The position numbers and the translations under genes are program-made. A stretch of DNA of 64,000 nucleotides. Source: Octopus sinensis (Eukaryota). Positions within the stretch are counted from its first letter, which is position 1; every line of letters begins with the position of its first letter. Below the pieces are notes generated by a model. It was not told where the DNA came from. It saw nothing but the letters and a program-made list of their open reading frames with translations, and ran no database searches. Below, one piece after another: positions 52,657 to 64,000 of the stretch. Location of the stretch: assembly GCF_006345805.1 (NCBI RefSeq), contig NC_043001.1, forward strand, positions 135,036,001 through 135,100,000. The letters run 5' to 3'.

Positions 52657-52847
52657 GTGTGTATGTTTGTGTGTCTGTGTTTGTCCCCCTAGCATTGACA
52701 ACCGATGCTGGTTCGGCAAAAGAGACCGATAGAATAAGTACTGGGCTTACAAAGAATAAGTCCCGGGGTCGATTTGCTCGACAAAAGGCGGTGCTCCAGC
52801 ATGGCCGCAGTCAAATGACTGAAACAAGTAAAAGAGAGTAAAGAGTA
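52450..52847 (+). mobile_element. SINE-C with internal ~30-bp deletion
   Basis: gatgctggt joined directly to tcggcaaaag (ggt microhomology). Confidence 0.93.
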
Positions 52848-52987
52848 TAGATTTGCTTCAAATCGATATACAAGAGAAAGGAATTAGTCTTTCAGATTCT
52901 TACCAAGAAAGTGACAACTAGAGAACGCAGTATAATATCGACTTTATTACAGGAAGCAGGAGAACTTTAAAAGGCGGTAATTTCCTG

Positions 52988-53150
52988 TTGTGAGTTCAAA
53001 TTCCGCCGAGGTCGTCTTTGCTTTTCATCCTTTCGGGGTCGATAAATTAAGTACCAGTTACGCACTGGGGTCGATGTAATCGACTTAATACCTATGTCTG
53101 TCCTTGTTTGTCCCCTCTGTGTTTAGCCCCTTGTGGGTAATAAAGAAATA
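52988..53150 (+). mobile_element. 5'-truncated SINE-B
   Basis: TSD ggtaatttcct. Confidence 0.9.
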
Positions 53151-53218
53151 GGTAATTTCCTATTATAGACTGCTAATTTTTGTTTTTATTTACCATAAAA
53201 TTAGTTAATAAACTATTA

Positions 53219-53485
53219 TACTCATGAGACGGATGTTAATAGATGATCAGCGAACTTTCGGAATCGCTATCACTTTTTCATAGAGACGGAAAAGGGTAAG
53301 GAATTAGGTAATTGCTTCCTTCTATGAAAGAATTTTATTACCCGAAACATTTAATTTTCAATATTTTTTGCCCTCCAATTTCATGCCATTTTCCGGTAAA
53401 TTTTTACTGGAATTTTTTCTACTAAGTAGTGATAACTATTTCCGAAAGTTCGCCAATCAATTGTTAAAACCGTCTCACTAGTGTA
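53219..53485. mobile_element. Old MITE with ~55-bp imperfect TIRs
   Basis: tgagacggatgttaa..gcgaactttcggaa..tatcact / agtgataactatttccgaaagttcgcc..ttaaaaccgtctca. Confidence 0.75.
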
Positions 53486-53699
53486 TTTACTAAACCTTTA
53501 GTAAAAAGAAAAAATAATTAAAAAAACGGTTGTCGATAATAGAAAAGTATCTAAAAGATTTTAGGTGAAATGTGGTATACGCATTCGAAGCAGTATTTAA
53601 TTAAAATAGCCTTTTATATAGAAAAGTAATATATACGCACTGTCGATAGGCCAGTTTCTTCAGTATTTGACCTGAAATAGTATCTCTAATATTTTTCAT

Positions 53700-53786
53700 T
53701 TTTAACCTCGTTTATAGTACGCACTAGGGATTTTGACCTTTAAATTTTGGGGTGGAAATGCGAATTATACTCGAGGATTTACGGTA
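53700..53786. mobile_element. pogo/Tc2-like transposon end
   Basis: tatactcgaggatttacggTA, same terminus as at 55702. Confidence 0.55.
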
Positions 53787-54462
53787 TTCGCTTACTTACA
53801 AGGACATGACAGACACGAGAGAAACTGAAAGTAAAAGTAGATTGTATGACATTTTATATTTAGCGATGTAAGTGAAGTGAAATGTCTAAATGTTGGAAAC
53901 TGAAACCGAACTACGAAATCACCTAGTTGTGATTCTAAGGAACTCACTACTTAAAGGACAAATCAGTATTTTAGCTGGGGGTTGGCGAGGAGGCGGCCCA
54001 CCTTGGACGATGCTTTTAAAGGGGCAGCATTTTGAGGCCTACTGTATAAGCCTGTATGGGAAGCGGATGGATACGGCAAACTCAAGGCTGATCCGAGTGG
54101 CATACACTCTAGCTACGTCACTGAGACAAATTTCAGACATTCATATTTTACCGAAAGGATTTAGGTATCGAACTGATGACTAAAGAGTTCATGACTAATT
54201 GTTCTGTTACGGACGACTTATGGAGTAAGTGTTGAGTGCACTTTCACTACGACGAGTATTTCGCTAGCTTACAGGACAGATTCCAATACTCTCCTTACAA
54301 GTGAAGTGTGAAAGGAAATGATGAAGTATAACATAAGCGATGAGGATTAAAGACAAGTCTTCCAACATTTCTTTTCTAAAATAAATTAAAGGAAAAGGCT
54401 TCACCTCAATTTTAGATGTTGATATGTAAAGGTTGGTCTAATTTTGAACTGAAATTATACCG

Positions 54463-54508
54463 ATGATGATGATGATGATGATGATGATAATGACGACAAC
54501 GGCGGCGG

Positions 54509-54540
<32 letters not shown>
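54463..54540. repeat. (GAT)n trinucleotide repeat
   Basis: Direct reading. Confidence 0.95.
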
Positions 54541-54858
54541 GTAGCTGTGGTGGAGTAAACCTATTGAAGTCGTAACCATCTAGCCTGTATATCAGTGACT
54601 ACTACATTATCTAATGTGTCCTCTCGGAAATGAAGACGATAGCGGGGTCCGATGTGAGGGACATAGCTATTTCTAGCAGGTCGAGCCATTACGTGGAGGC
54701 TTGCTCCATACATAGCACGTTGATCCTCAACAAGAGGGAATCCCGAATTCAAATCTGAAGTCACTTTATGTGTCTCCCCCACTCCACACACACACACACA
54801 TACAAAATAAAAACATTTTAATATATTTAACTGGTAGAGTGCCGGACTACATGTATCA

Positions 54859-55200
54859 TTTACTTGTTTCAGTCGCTGGACTGCGGCCATGCTGAGGCAT
54901 TCTTGGAAGGGTTTTGGTGGAACAAATCGACTCTTGTCCTTAATTTTAAAATCTAGTACTTATTCTATCGGTCTCTTATGCCGAACTGCTAAGTTACGGA
55001 GACGGGAACAAACCAGCCCCGGTTATCAAGTGGTGGGTGGGACAAACATACATACATATTTATATGACAAGCATTCATACTGCTTCTGCTTACCAAATTA
55101 GTTTGCAAGGTATTGATCGGCCTTCCCGAAGTTATAGTAGCAGATATTTGTCCAAGTGCTGCGCAGTGGGATTGAACGTAAACCACGTGGCAGCAAAGCC
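54859..55200 (-). mobile_element. Old SINE-C
   Basis: Diverged full-length match. Confidence 0.82.
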
Positions 55201-55594
55201 TGTGTAGGTATTTAGTTATGTCCCTTTACATTTTGATTCCCTTTATCCGACGACACCATTATTTCTTTATTGCCCACAAGAGGTTAAAGCAATGTCTGAG
55301 TCTCTATTTGGTGTCCGGCAATGTTTATTCAGACGCATTTTGTGATGTCGGGCGCGAAAATACCTTAAGCTAAGCCTGAAAGCAATGAAGTCATAAAAGA
55401 ATCATCCATAACTTGCAGTAAGCAACATTTATTAAAATAAAAGTATTCAGAACACAGAATAACATGTAACAAAAACAACTAGCAAACATATTTACATTCC
55501 CAGTTAAGAACATCATCATTATTGTATTACGCATGCGCGAAATTTTTTGTCCGACTAGTTGCTGCTGGCTTAATTAGGCACGACTCAAGTTAGA

Positions 55595-55702
55595 GAAGGA
55601 GTGCGTATTATACACAAGGTTTAGGTTTTTCAGAAGTACAGCCTCCTAAAAATCCTCTGCGTATTATACTCAAGGGCGGACTATACTCGAGGATTTACGG
55701 TA
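55595..55702. mobile_element. pogo/Tc2-like transposon end with subterminal repeats
   Basis: tgcgtattatac twice, then tatactcgaggatttacggTA. Confidence 0.6.
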
Positions 55703-56396
55703 TGTATTTACAGAATTTTTTTTTCCTAAACTACTTACTCCATTCTTAACGTTTCTTCCTTTTTCTTTGCTTTATTTCCAGTTTTAAAATTCCTCTGTCC
55801 TAAACTCTCTTATCTCTAGACCGATATTTCAATCAATAATTACATTGTTTTCACTTCAAACTATCACGCATCTGGTAGATTAAAGTTACTCACACAACGG
55901 AGACGATCTAGCATGAAATATAAAGCGCGCGCGCAATTTCTGTCGCCCTCTCCCCACCCTCTCTCTCTCATCTGCTCTCTGAAGTGGATGCACGCAAGAA
56001 CACAAATGAATCCGATTTGTTATTTTGGTAAATCTTCAATCACCGTGAGAAGATGGAAACGGTTTTACCATCGGACCAAAGTATATTTGATCGGATGCAT
56101 TAAGTGTAGAGGAAACTAGCTAGCCCTGCTTGTAGTGTGCAATGAAAGAATTCATTAAGCTGGCTGGGATGACGGCATTACGTGAGATCGTAGAGAAACA
56201 TGGGAAGGTTCAGTGCTGACATGTAACGACTTTCATCGCTCTTCTGTCTGAGCTGTGCGGATTATTGTAGCTGCACGCAGAACAAATATAAATTCAATTC
56301 CATTTTAATTAAAAACAGAACTTTTTTTTTATGAAAATAGAGAATGTGATTATAATGTTCCGAATTACATCTATACTTAGATAATTTTATTGTTTA

Positions 56397-56799
56397 CTAG
56401 CAGTATCGCTCGGCGTTGCTCGGGTTTGTAAGGGAAATAACTATATAAGCATTTTTAGAGAGTTATAGCCAAAAAATAGCAAAAAAATGCATTAAAAATG
56501 GAAAAAAAATGATGGTAAATTTTTTTTTAAAATCGTTGACTCATCGTAGACATTTTTAGAGAGTTACTTCTCTCATATAATAGCGAAAAAATGCATTAAA
56601 ATGGAAAAAAAATGATGATAAATTTTTTTCAAATCGTAGACTCATCGTAGACGCGCGCTAATACCCAGAAGGGCTCGATATGAATCACGACTATAAGATA
56701 CCCGGTTTTGGTTAAACTGCACCGCAAAATGTGGGAGTAGTTAGGAATCTAAATCGTAGGAGACAGACAGACACACAACCTCTCTTTTATATATAAAGA
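56397..56799 (-). mobile_element. Non-autonomous Helitron, subfamily 1
   Basis: TC/hairpin/CTAG with A|T insertion. Confidence 0.9.
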
Positions 56800-56845
56800 T
56801 TTATGATATTGTTCTGTAAATGGTAAAATGCTTGGCGAACCCTGA

Positions 56846-57168
56846 TTTTGTTTCCTCATGACATCCAGAAGAATGGATATTTTTTAATGAAATTTTCTAC
56901 AAATACACTTCATCTGGTGTAGATCCCAATTGTATCGGGATTTGTTGTGAATAAATTTCTCCAAGGGTAAGGAGAAGAGTTTAAGGAAAATTCCCACAAA
57001 GTCGGGTTTGTTTCCTCAAGGAATTTTCCGAAATTCCTTTCCCTATCCTTGGAAAAATTTATTCACAACAAATTCCGATATAATTGGAATCTACACCGTT
57101 TGAAACGTATTTGTATAATATTTAATTAAAGTATCTCTTTTTCTGAAAGTTATGAGGAAACAAAGTCG
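56846..57168. mobile_element. Foldback MITE with ~145-bp diverged arms
   Basis: tttgtttcctcatgac..ggtgtagatcccaattgtatcgggatttgttgtgaataaattt / aaatttattcacaacaaattccgatataattggaatctacacc..gttatgaggaaacaaa. Confidence 0.85.
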
Positions 57169-57390
57169 AGGCAGGGCCTCACTTATGTAGGTTTGCCAAA
57201 ATCTCTTTATATTAACTCCAATAAAAATAATATTGTGAGCTTTTAAACACGAAAATTCCTTTGTATCATTTAGTTATTGGGAAAATGATGGCAAACAAAA
57301 ACCTGTGTCGTTCGGCTTTGCACGACAATTATAACAAAGCACATGGTCTCGTCCCTCTTCTTTAAAATGTTGAGATTATATTGTGTGTAA

Positions 57391-57702
57391 AGGAGGCGCG
57401 TGGCTTAGCGGTTAGGGTTGTTGTACTCATAGTCGTAAGACTGTGGTTTCGATTCCTGGCCAATATTATGCGTTGTGTTCTTGAGCAAAACACTTCGTTT
57501 CACGTTGCTCCAGTCCACTCAGCTGGCAAAAAGGAGTCATCTTTTTGGGCGTTGCTGTGTGGTAAGAAGCTTGCTTCCCAACCACACGGTTCCGAGTTCT
57601 GTCGCACTACCTGGCACCTTGGGCAGGTGTCTTCTGTTATAACACCAGGTTGACCAAAGCCTTGTGAGTAGATTTGGTAGACGGAAACTGAATGAAGTCC
57701 GT

Positions 57703-57739
<37 letters not shown>

Positions 57740-57797
57740 ATGTGTGAGTCTTTGTGTATGTGTTTGTCCCCTACCACCACATGACAGTCGGTGTTGG
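57391..57797 (+). mobile_element. SINE-E 5' half followed by SINE-C 5' half
   Basis: ggaggcgcgtggcttagcggttagg..ttcacgttgctccagtccactcagctg, then gctgtgtggtaagaagcttgc..ccttgggcag. Confidence 0.78.
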
Positions 57798-57805
57798 GAC
57801 TGATT

Positions 57806-58086
57806 TATCGATAAGAGGGCATTTTCCCCCCATGACCCTTGACAACAATATCTAGTTGATTAGTCTTGATCTCCTTGTCTGGGTGTATTGGCATATCCCA
57901 GGGTAAGGTGTCTTTGACATTCTTGGGGACCTTTTCTGGTGTATCTCTGTACCATCTCTTTTCTGTTGATATTTCATAATACTGGTATTACGTGTATGTA
58001 AGTTTCTGGTATTCCAGTGTACGTAAGTTTCAACTCTGTCATGTTTGTGGGTGTAGTCTTTCTTAGCTAAGACTAGACACCCCATC
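57806..58086 (-). pseudogene. R4/Dong-type non-LTR retrotransposon C-terminal (RLE) fragment
   Basis: GCLVLAKKDYTHKHDRVETYVHWN, frameshift, then YEISTEKRWYRDTPEKV..WDMPIHPDKEIKTNQLDIVVK..LID (RHD and PD..D motif remnants). Confidence 0.8.
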
Positions 58087-58229
58087 TGCCTATATTCTGC
58101 AGTTACCGTATTCTGCTTTATAATATGCTGTTGGAGGATTCTAGAATGCAGAACAAAAGATTGCAGTCGGTCATTTAAGTTTTGGTACAGAAATACCTTA
58201 TGCACTTACAGAAGGACTACTAAGATATT

Positions 58230-58788
58230 GGAGGCGCAATGGCCCAGTGGTTAGGGCAGCGGACTCGCGGTCATAGGATCGCGGTTTCGATTCCCAGACC
58301 GGACGTTGTGAGTGTTTATTGAGCGAAAACACCTAAAGCTCCACGAGGCTCCGGCAGGGGATGGCGGTGATCCCTGCTGTACTCTTTCACCACAACTTTC
58401 TCTCACTCTTACTTCCTGTTTCTGTTGTACCTGTATTTCAAAGGGCCGGCCTTGTCACTCTCTGTGTCACGCTGAATATCCCCGAGAACTACGTTAAGGG
58501 TACACGTGTCTGTGGAGTGCTCAGCCACTTACACGTTAATTTCACGAGCAGGCTGTTCCGTTGATTCAGATCAACCGGAACCCTCATCGTCGTAACCGAC
58601 GGAGTGCTTCCATTTCAAAGGGCCGGCCTTGTCACTCTCTGTGTCACGCTGAATATCCCCGAGAACTACGTTAAGGGTACACGTGTCTGTGGAGTGCTCA
58701 GCCACTTACACGTTAATTTCACGAGCAGGCTGTTCCGTTGGTCGGATCAACCGGAACCCTCGTCGTCGTAACCGACGGAGTGCTTCCA
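58230..58788 (+). mobile_element. SINE-A tail type 1 with tandem duplication of its 3' ~177 bp
   Basis: atttcaaagggccggcc...gtgcttcc twice; single outer TSD actaagatatt. Confidence 0.94.
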
Positions 58789-59621
58789 TCATCCACTAAG
58801 ATATTATATAACAGACCTTTGGATTAGCGAAGCTAAAAACCTTACACATCCGGAAGTTAGTACTGTTTCATTATCTAACAGAGAATTTGTCTTTCTATGC
58901 ATGCTATGACATTTCAATTAGTCTTAAGTTTTAGGTATACGGCAATAAATATATAATATCAAGTCATCATTTATGTATACTCGGTCTACCCCATTAAATT
59001 ATCAATAATCTCATTAGCAGATATAACAAAAGGTTGTCTGAAACAGATCTATAGATTTTGTTGAAGGCAAAACTCGTTCAAAAGTACTAAACGGATGGAA
59101 TTGGCGATATTGATTTATTTTTCGCTTTCAATAGGTTAACTCTCTAAGGGACTTTAAATGGAAGAATCTATCTGCTTATTCTAATATGGCAAGAACGGCT
59201 TCTTTGTGACATTGAGTCGGAACGTTCGGCATCGGGAGGTCAGTTAAAATCTGGGTTTTTTTCCCTAAGCAATTCCACGTTAAAAACGGTCTTCTCTACA
59301 TTATACGTATTCGCCTCTAATTTATAGATAGAATATGAAAATTAATATAATGTTAAATGAGCGTGTGCCTATGATCTGAGGTTTACATGTGTATAATAAT
59401 ATGTATGCATTTAGTTTTCTATTCAAGTATATAACACATGCCTCTTTGGGTTTATTTATATAATTATATGTTTATACATACATATAGACCTTGTGGTTGA
59501 TGTTGACGTTCCAATGAAGGAGCCTTGGATCTAGGTTAGAAACCGGTTCTTTCTCTATTGGCAAGAAATTTTGAAATAAAACTGAATGACACACACACAC
59601 ATACACATATATATTTCGTGC

Positions 59622-59672
<51 letters not shown>

Positions 59673-59703
59673 TACATACATCTGTCTACATATACGCACA
59701 CAA

Positions 59704-59735
<32 letters not shown>

Positions 59736-59829
59736 CACACACACACACACACAACACACACACACACACACAACACACACATACACGCAATCACGTAAAC
59801 CACCACTGGCCTTGCACAAAACACTTCAC

Positions 59830-59930
59830 CTAACACTTCCTTCTCAGAACATCAGCCTTCTGGAATTCCATCCTTGCGCATGTATTTCATACTACTACCA
59901 CCTTTGCAGCAATCCATAAGAAACATTAAG
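59830..59930 (+). pseudogene. Possible LINE ORF2 C-terminal fragment
   Basis: HFLLRTSAFWNSILAHVF resembles the FFPRT..LWNSLP..VF motif. Confidence 0.4.
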
Positions 59931-60623
59931 CTCATCAGTCTCACTCAAAGGACTGAGAAGGCTGATGGGGCCTTCTCAAAGCTTCCTCCAGACTCCCACC
60001 TCCCAAAATGGAGTTGAGCGACCAAGTTGGTTCGTAATTGCCATTTAGTTTTGTCACCGTTGTTTAATTTGAATCACTGTGATTCCAATCTATTATATTA
60101 TAGTGCTAACGATAGATTCCTGTTGTGTAAAACAATTTGTCCCGCTGTGGAAAAGGGATGGTAAAAGTGAGTGTGCGATAGGAGAGCAGACATACGCACA
60201 TTCACAAGCATATGAATGCTATTGATGCACAACTACATACATGCACATATACGACAATTATCTGAGTGTGTATGTGTGTATGAGAAAGTGTGTGTATGGG
60301 AGTATCTGTATATGTGCACAGGCCATTAGCATTCGTATACGTGTGACTATGTGTATGTGAAGACGTGCCTAGTGGTGTTTGTTTAATTCCCCCTCGTTTA
60401 CTATTTACCTGACGATTTAATGCAAGCGTGTTAGAGCAAGTCATTGCCATGAAGATTGAACATCTATCTACGCTATTTTCCATATATTAATTACTATCTT
60501 CTTAACTCTTTTCGTAAAATGTGTGTAACGGTATGACCTGGATATGGAGACTTTTGAACTATCTATATACTAATCCTATCTTTCTTTGTAAAAAATGTGC
60601 AACGGTATATAACGGTATATATA

Positions 60624-60853
60624 GGCGGCGAGCTAGCAGAAGCGTTAGCACACCGGGCGAAATGCTATGCGGTACTTCGTCTGCCGTTACGTTGTGAGTT
60701 CAAATTTCGCCGAGGTCGACTTTACCTTTCATCCTTTCGGGGTCGATAAATTAAGTACCAGTTACGCACTGGGGTCGATGTAATCGACATAATACCTATG
60801 TCTGTCCTTGTTTGTCCCCTCTATGTTTAGCCCCTTGTGGGTAATAAAGAAAT
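60624..60853 (+). mobile_element. SINE-B, full length
   Basis: Full match; ggtatata on both flanks. Confidence 0.93.
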
Positions 60854-61345
60854 AGGTATATACTGGATACTGGTGTCACCAACGATGTAAAAATCAAGTG
60901 CTTCTTAAAATATTTTATTACCGAAACAGAGTTTGGTATGTTACGTCGGACAACGATCATAGAACGCGACAGCGAGAATAGAATAGATAGAGGCAGAGAA
61001 GATATAGGGAAAATTAAGGGAATAGCAAAAAGAAGAAAGGAGAATTAGGAGTAAAGAAAGCAGAATCAAGAAGACTAGGAGAATTAACTCAAGAGGAAAG
61101 GAGTAATATTTATGCAAGAAATGGAGCTTGACGGTATCATCTGCTTAACGATGAAACTGAAGCTAATAGGGAAACATAATTGCTAATCAAAATAAGGGGC
61201 AAGTGATAGGCGATGGTGACAGACAAAAATATTTTGCGCAAGTCAGAATGAGGAAACAAGTTACAAGAGAATAGACTACGTTTTCTAGAAATTAATCTAA
61301 GAATTATGAAGGTAAATAACAGGATATTATTACCGAAATGTTTAT

Positions 61346-61678
61346 GAAGGCGCATGGCTCAGTGTTTAGGACATCGGGCTCACAATCATGAAGTAGTAAG
61401 TTCGATTCGTGGACCGGGCTGTGTTGTGTTCTCGAACAAGACATTTTATTTCACGTTGCTCCAGTTCACTCAGCTGTAGAAGTGAGTTGCAACGTCACTG
61501 GCGCCAAGTTGTATCGGCCTTTGCCTTTCCCTTGGATAACATTGGTGAAGTGGGGAATGAGGGCGGGTATGCATGGGCGACAGTTTGTCTTCCATAAACA
61601 ACCTTGCACAGACTTGTGCCTGGGAGGGTAACTGTCTTGGTGCAATCCTATGGTCATTCATGATCGAAGGGGGTCTCT
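61346..61678 (+). mobile_element. SINE-E (tRNA-derived), full length
   Basis: A box tggctcagtg, B box agttcgattc; 18-bp TSD tattaccgaaat(g/a)tttat. Confidence 0.87.
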
Positions 61679-61755
61679 TATTACCGAAATATTTATAGCT
61701 GATATTACCGAAATATTTATAGCTGATATTACCGAAATATTTATAGCTGATATTG
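61679..61755. repeat. 24-bp tandem repeat x3
   Basis: tattaccgaaatatttatagctga. Confidence 0.95.
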
Positions 61756-62287
61756 CACCACAAAATGGGGCGTGGAATTTCCACAGGTTCTTCTAGTTTC
61801 TTATTAAAGTGATACTCTGCTTTCTCTATGAACATTGGCTGGAAAGCAGAGAAATAATTCGTATATAGGGAGTCTCAAAGTAAAAGAAAAACAAAAAAAA
61901 ATCAATATGAATAATCAATCATAGTTTATGTTGAAATACGAAACGATGAATATATGTTAATTGTATGAACAAGAGATGGTGTTTGTCGCATAAAAGACAG
62001 TTTAGAGAATCGTCTCTTTGAAATTGGTGTCGTTGTTGGTGTTTAGCTCCAGGCCGACTCTTATTGAGCAGACCTAATGAGTAGGCGTATGGTAGCAATG
62101 ACCATGGGTTTCAGTCAAGTACTGAGGTCGAATTAATCGTGTTGTTTTCCTTCCGCCGCTAGCGATGTGGCCTTGTGCTTATGTTAGATATCATTATGTA
62201 CGTCGTAAGATTTTATGCTTGTGGCACTGTCTATGGAATGTGTGTGCGTGTGTGTATGTATAAATATATATATGTGTGTGTCTGTGC

Positions 62288-62319
<32 letters not shown>

Positions 62320-62321
<2 letters not shown>

Positions 62322-62812
62322 CGTAAAGTGTACTAGCCATCTGAATGTGGCTAGCCACTGGGGGTGGGTGTTACTGAAGCTTATAGCCCCAGGAGATCAT
62401 CGTCTCCAGCTGGCTTTAAACACACTTTCTGTGCCCTTCTGATATTCGCAAAGAGAGGTCATCCCCTCTCGAAAACCTAAGTGATACATACGGACTATAG
62501 TTTCGAGGTATTTGCCTCTCGTCAACGTACGGTAATCACCGATTTTCGATTGGAGTGACCTGTTGACGAGTGGCAAATACCTCGAAACTATAGTCCGTAT
62601 GTATCACTTAGGTTTCCGAGAGGGGATGACCTCCCTTTGCAAATAGCAGAAGGGCACAGAAAGTGTGTTTAAAGCCAGCTGGAGACGATGATCTCCCGGG
62701 GCTATAAGCTTCAGTAACACTCACCCCCAGTGGCTAGCCACATTCAGATGGCTACTACACTTTACGTTGTCGAGCGGTTACTGTTTACATCTCGTTCGGA
62801 GATTTATTAATG

Positions 62813-62815
<3 letters not shown>
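62320..62815. mobile_element. Palindromic Penelope-type element with two opposed hammerhead motifs, in (TA)n
   Basis: Arms 62320-62526 and 62562-62768, 35-bp spacer, ~47-bp unpaired extension; (TA)n on both sides. Confidence 0.85.
62487..62531 (-). ncRNA. Minimal hammerhead ribozyme fold (C3U core variant)
   Basis: cgtacg-TTGACGA-gagg(caaata)cctc-GAAAC-tata-GTC-cgtatg; palindromic actatagt stem III. Confidence 0.72.
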
Positions 62816-62894
<79 letters not shown>

Positions 62895-63609
62895 CATACA
62901 TACACTCATAAATGTATGCATATGTGTGCATGTATGTATGATTAGTTTCTGTATGCATATGTCTATCTGTACGAATGTTCGCGTGAGACTGCATTAATGT
63001 ATATGTATGTCTCTCCTAAGAGCCCGTAAACTGTTAACCTGTAAGTGTTATATGAACAGAATGGGATTACAAAGACATCAGTATTTTTTTCTCTTCTCAT
63101 TATAGTTGAACATCTTATTTCCTGTGCCAAACTGACCTTTAAATGTTCGCTCTAGTTCCGTGAAAATATTAATTGGGCTAGACTTAAATATTTAAAATGG
63201 AAATAGGTTAGCACGTTTCTTGAATTATAAACTAGTTTCCTTCAAAAAATAATTCCTTCAGTTTCACTAAAATTTATCTTCTAATATTCCTATATTTTAA
63301 AATTTTATTTTTCAAGAAATACGTATTTGGCGACTTGGCAAATGTTGAAGACCAATATTTTAAAATAGTAATGCTTATTGCCCGAATAATTTTGCAGTAT
63401 TAAAGGTCAACCACTTAGTATTCTAAAATCATTCGAGGTGCGGTGAACAGTAATTGTTTCTTACAGCTTGGTTTGCAGGCATGAAGATTAGTACATCATC
63501 TTAGCATAAGGTTATTTACTTATTTTTAACCACCGATAAAGGACAAATGGGTAGAATGTCGGTTTAAAAAAAAAACTTTACTAGTCGGGTGGCTAGTGTT
63601 CCAGACAGT

Positions 63610-63986
63610 GGAGGCGCAATGGCCCAGTGGTTAGGGCAGCGGACTCGCGGTCATAGGATCGCGGTTTCGATTCCCAGACCGGGCGTTGTGAGTGTTTATT
63701 GAGCGAAAACACCTAAAGCTCCACGAGGCTCCGGCAAGGATGGTGGTGATCCCTGCTGTACTCTTTCATCACAACTTTCTCTCACTCTTACTTTCTGTTG
63801 TACCTGTATTTCAAGGGGCCAGCCTTGTCACTCTCTGTGTCACGCTGAATATCCCCAAGAACTACGTTAAGGGTACACGTGTCTGTGGAGTGCTCAGCCA
63901 CTTACGCGTTAATTTCACGAGCAGGCTGTTCCGTTGATTCGAATCAACCGGAACCCTCGTCGTCGTAACCGACGGAGTGCTTCCAC
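63610..63986 (+). mobile_element. SINE-A, tail type 1
   Basis: Full length; 14-bp TSD agtgttccagacag. Confidence 0.95.
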
Positions 63987-64000
63987 AGTGTTCCAGACAG

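Noticed and set aside
53700-55702. Single 2-kb transposon bounded by the two tatactcgaggatttacggta motifs
   Set aside because: The motifs are in direct, not inverted, orientation, so they are two separate ends
59505-59555. CCAATGA..GAAACCGGTT as an active hammerhead (also ~32055-32095 on minus)
   Set aside because: Core has multiple changes and stem I is weak or absent; kept only as weak support for the family finding
62626-62662. SECIS-like ATGA..AAA..GA hairpin in the palindromic element
   Set aside because: Apical loop is only ~5 nt, pairing next to the quartet is poor and there is no upstream ORF; a SECIS search would be needed

Overview
AT-rich, repeat-saturated eukaryotic DNA, intergenic or inside a large intron. 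I found no credible host protein-coding exon, rRNA, intact tRNA or CRISPR array. The SINE families and microsatellite load resemble octopod cephalopod genomes (recalled resemblance, no search run). Almost all listed ORFs are read-throughs of microsatellites or SINEs. Contents: about 40 copies of four tRNA-headed SINE families (called A, B, C, E here); six non-autonomous Helitrons; a TIR-to-TIR Tc1 element with a dead DD34E transposase; fossils of mariner, Gypsy integrase, CR1/Jockey-type RT, an R4/Dong-type restriction-like endonuclease and a Penelope-like RT plus GIY-YIG element; and several MITEs and foldbacks. Two systems stand out. (1) A dispersed set of short Penelope-type modules carrying minimal hammerhead-ribozyme folds, most sitting in or beside (TA)n tracts, including one canonical core, recurrent non-canonical cores and a palindrome with two opposed hammerheads. 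(2) A head-to-tail array of about 1.65-kb ORF1(gag)-only retroelements at 17.7-21.5 kb whose 3' end matches the tail of the young SINE-B family. Coordinates were read by eye and may be off by a few bases.
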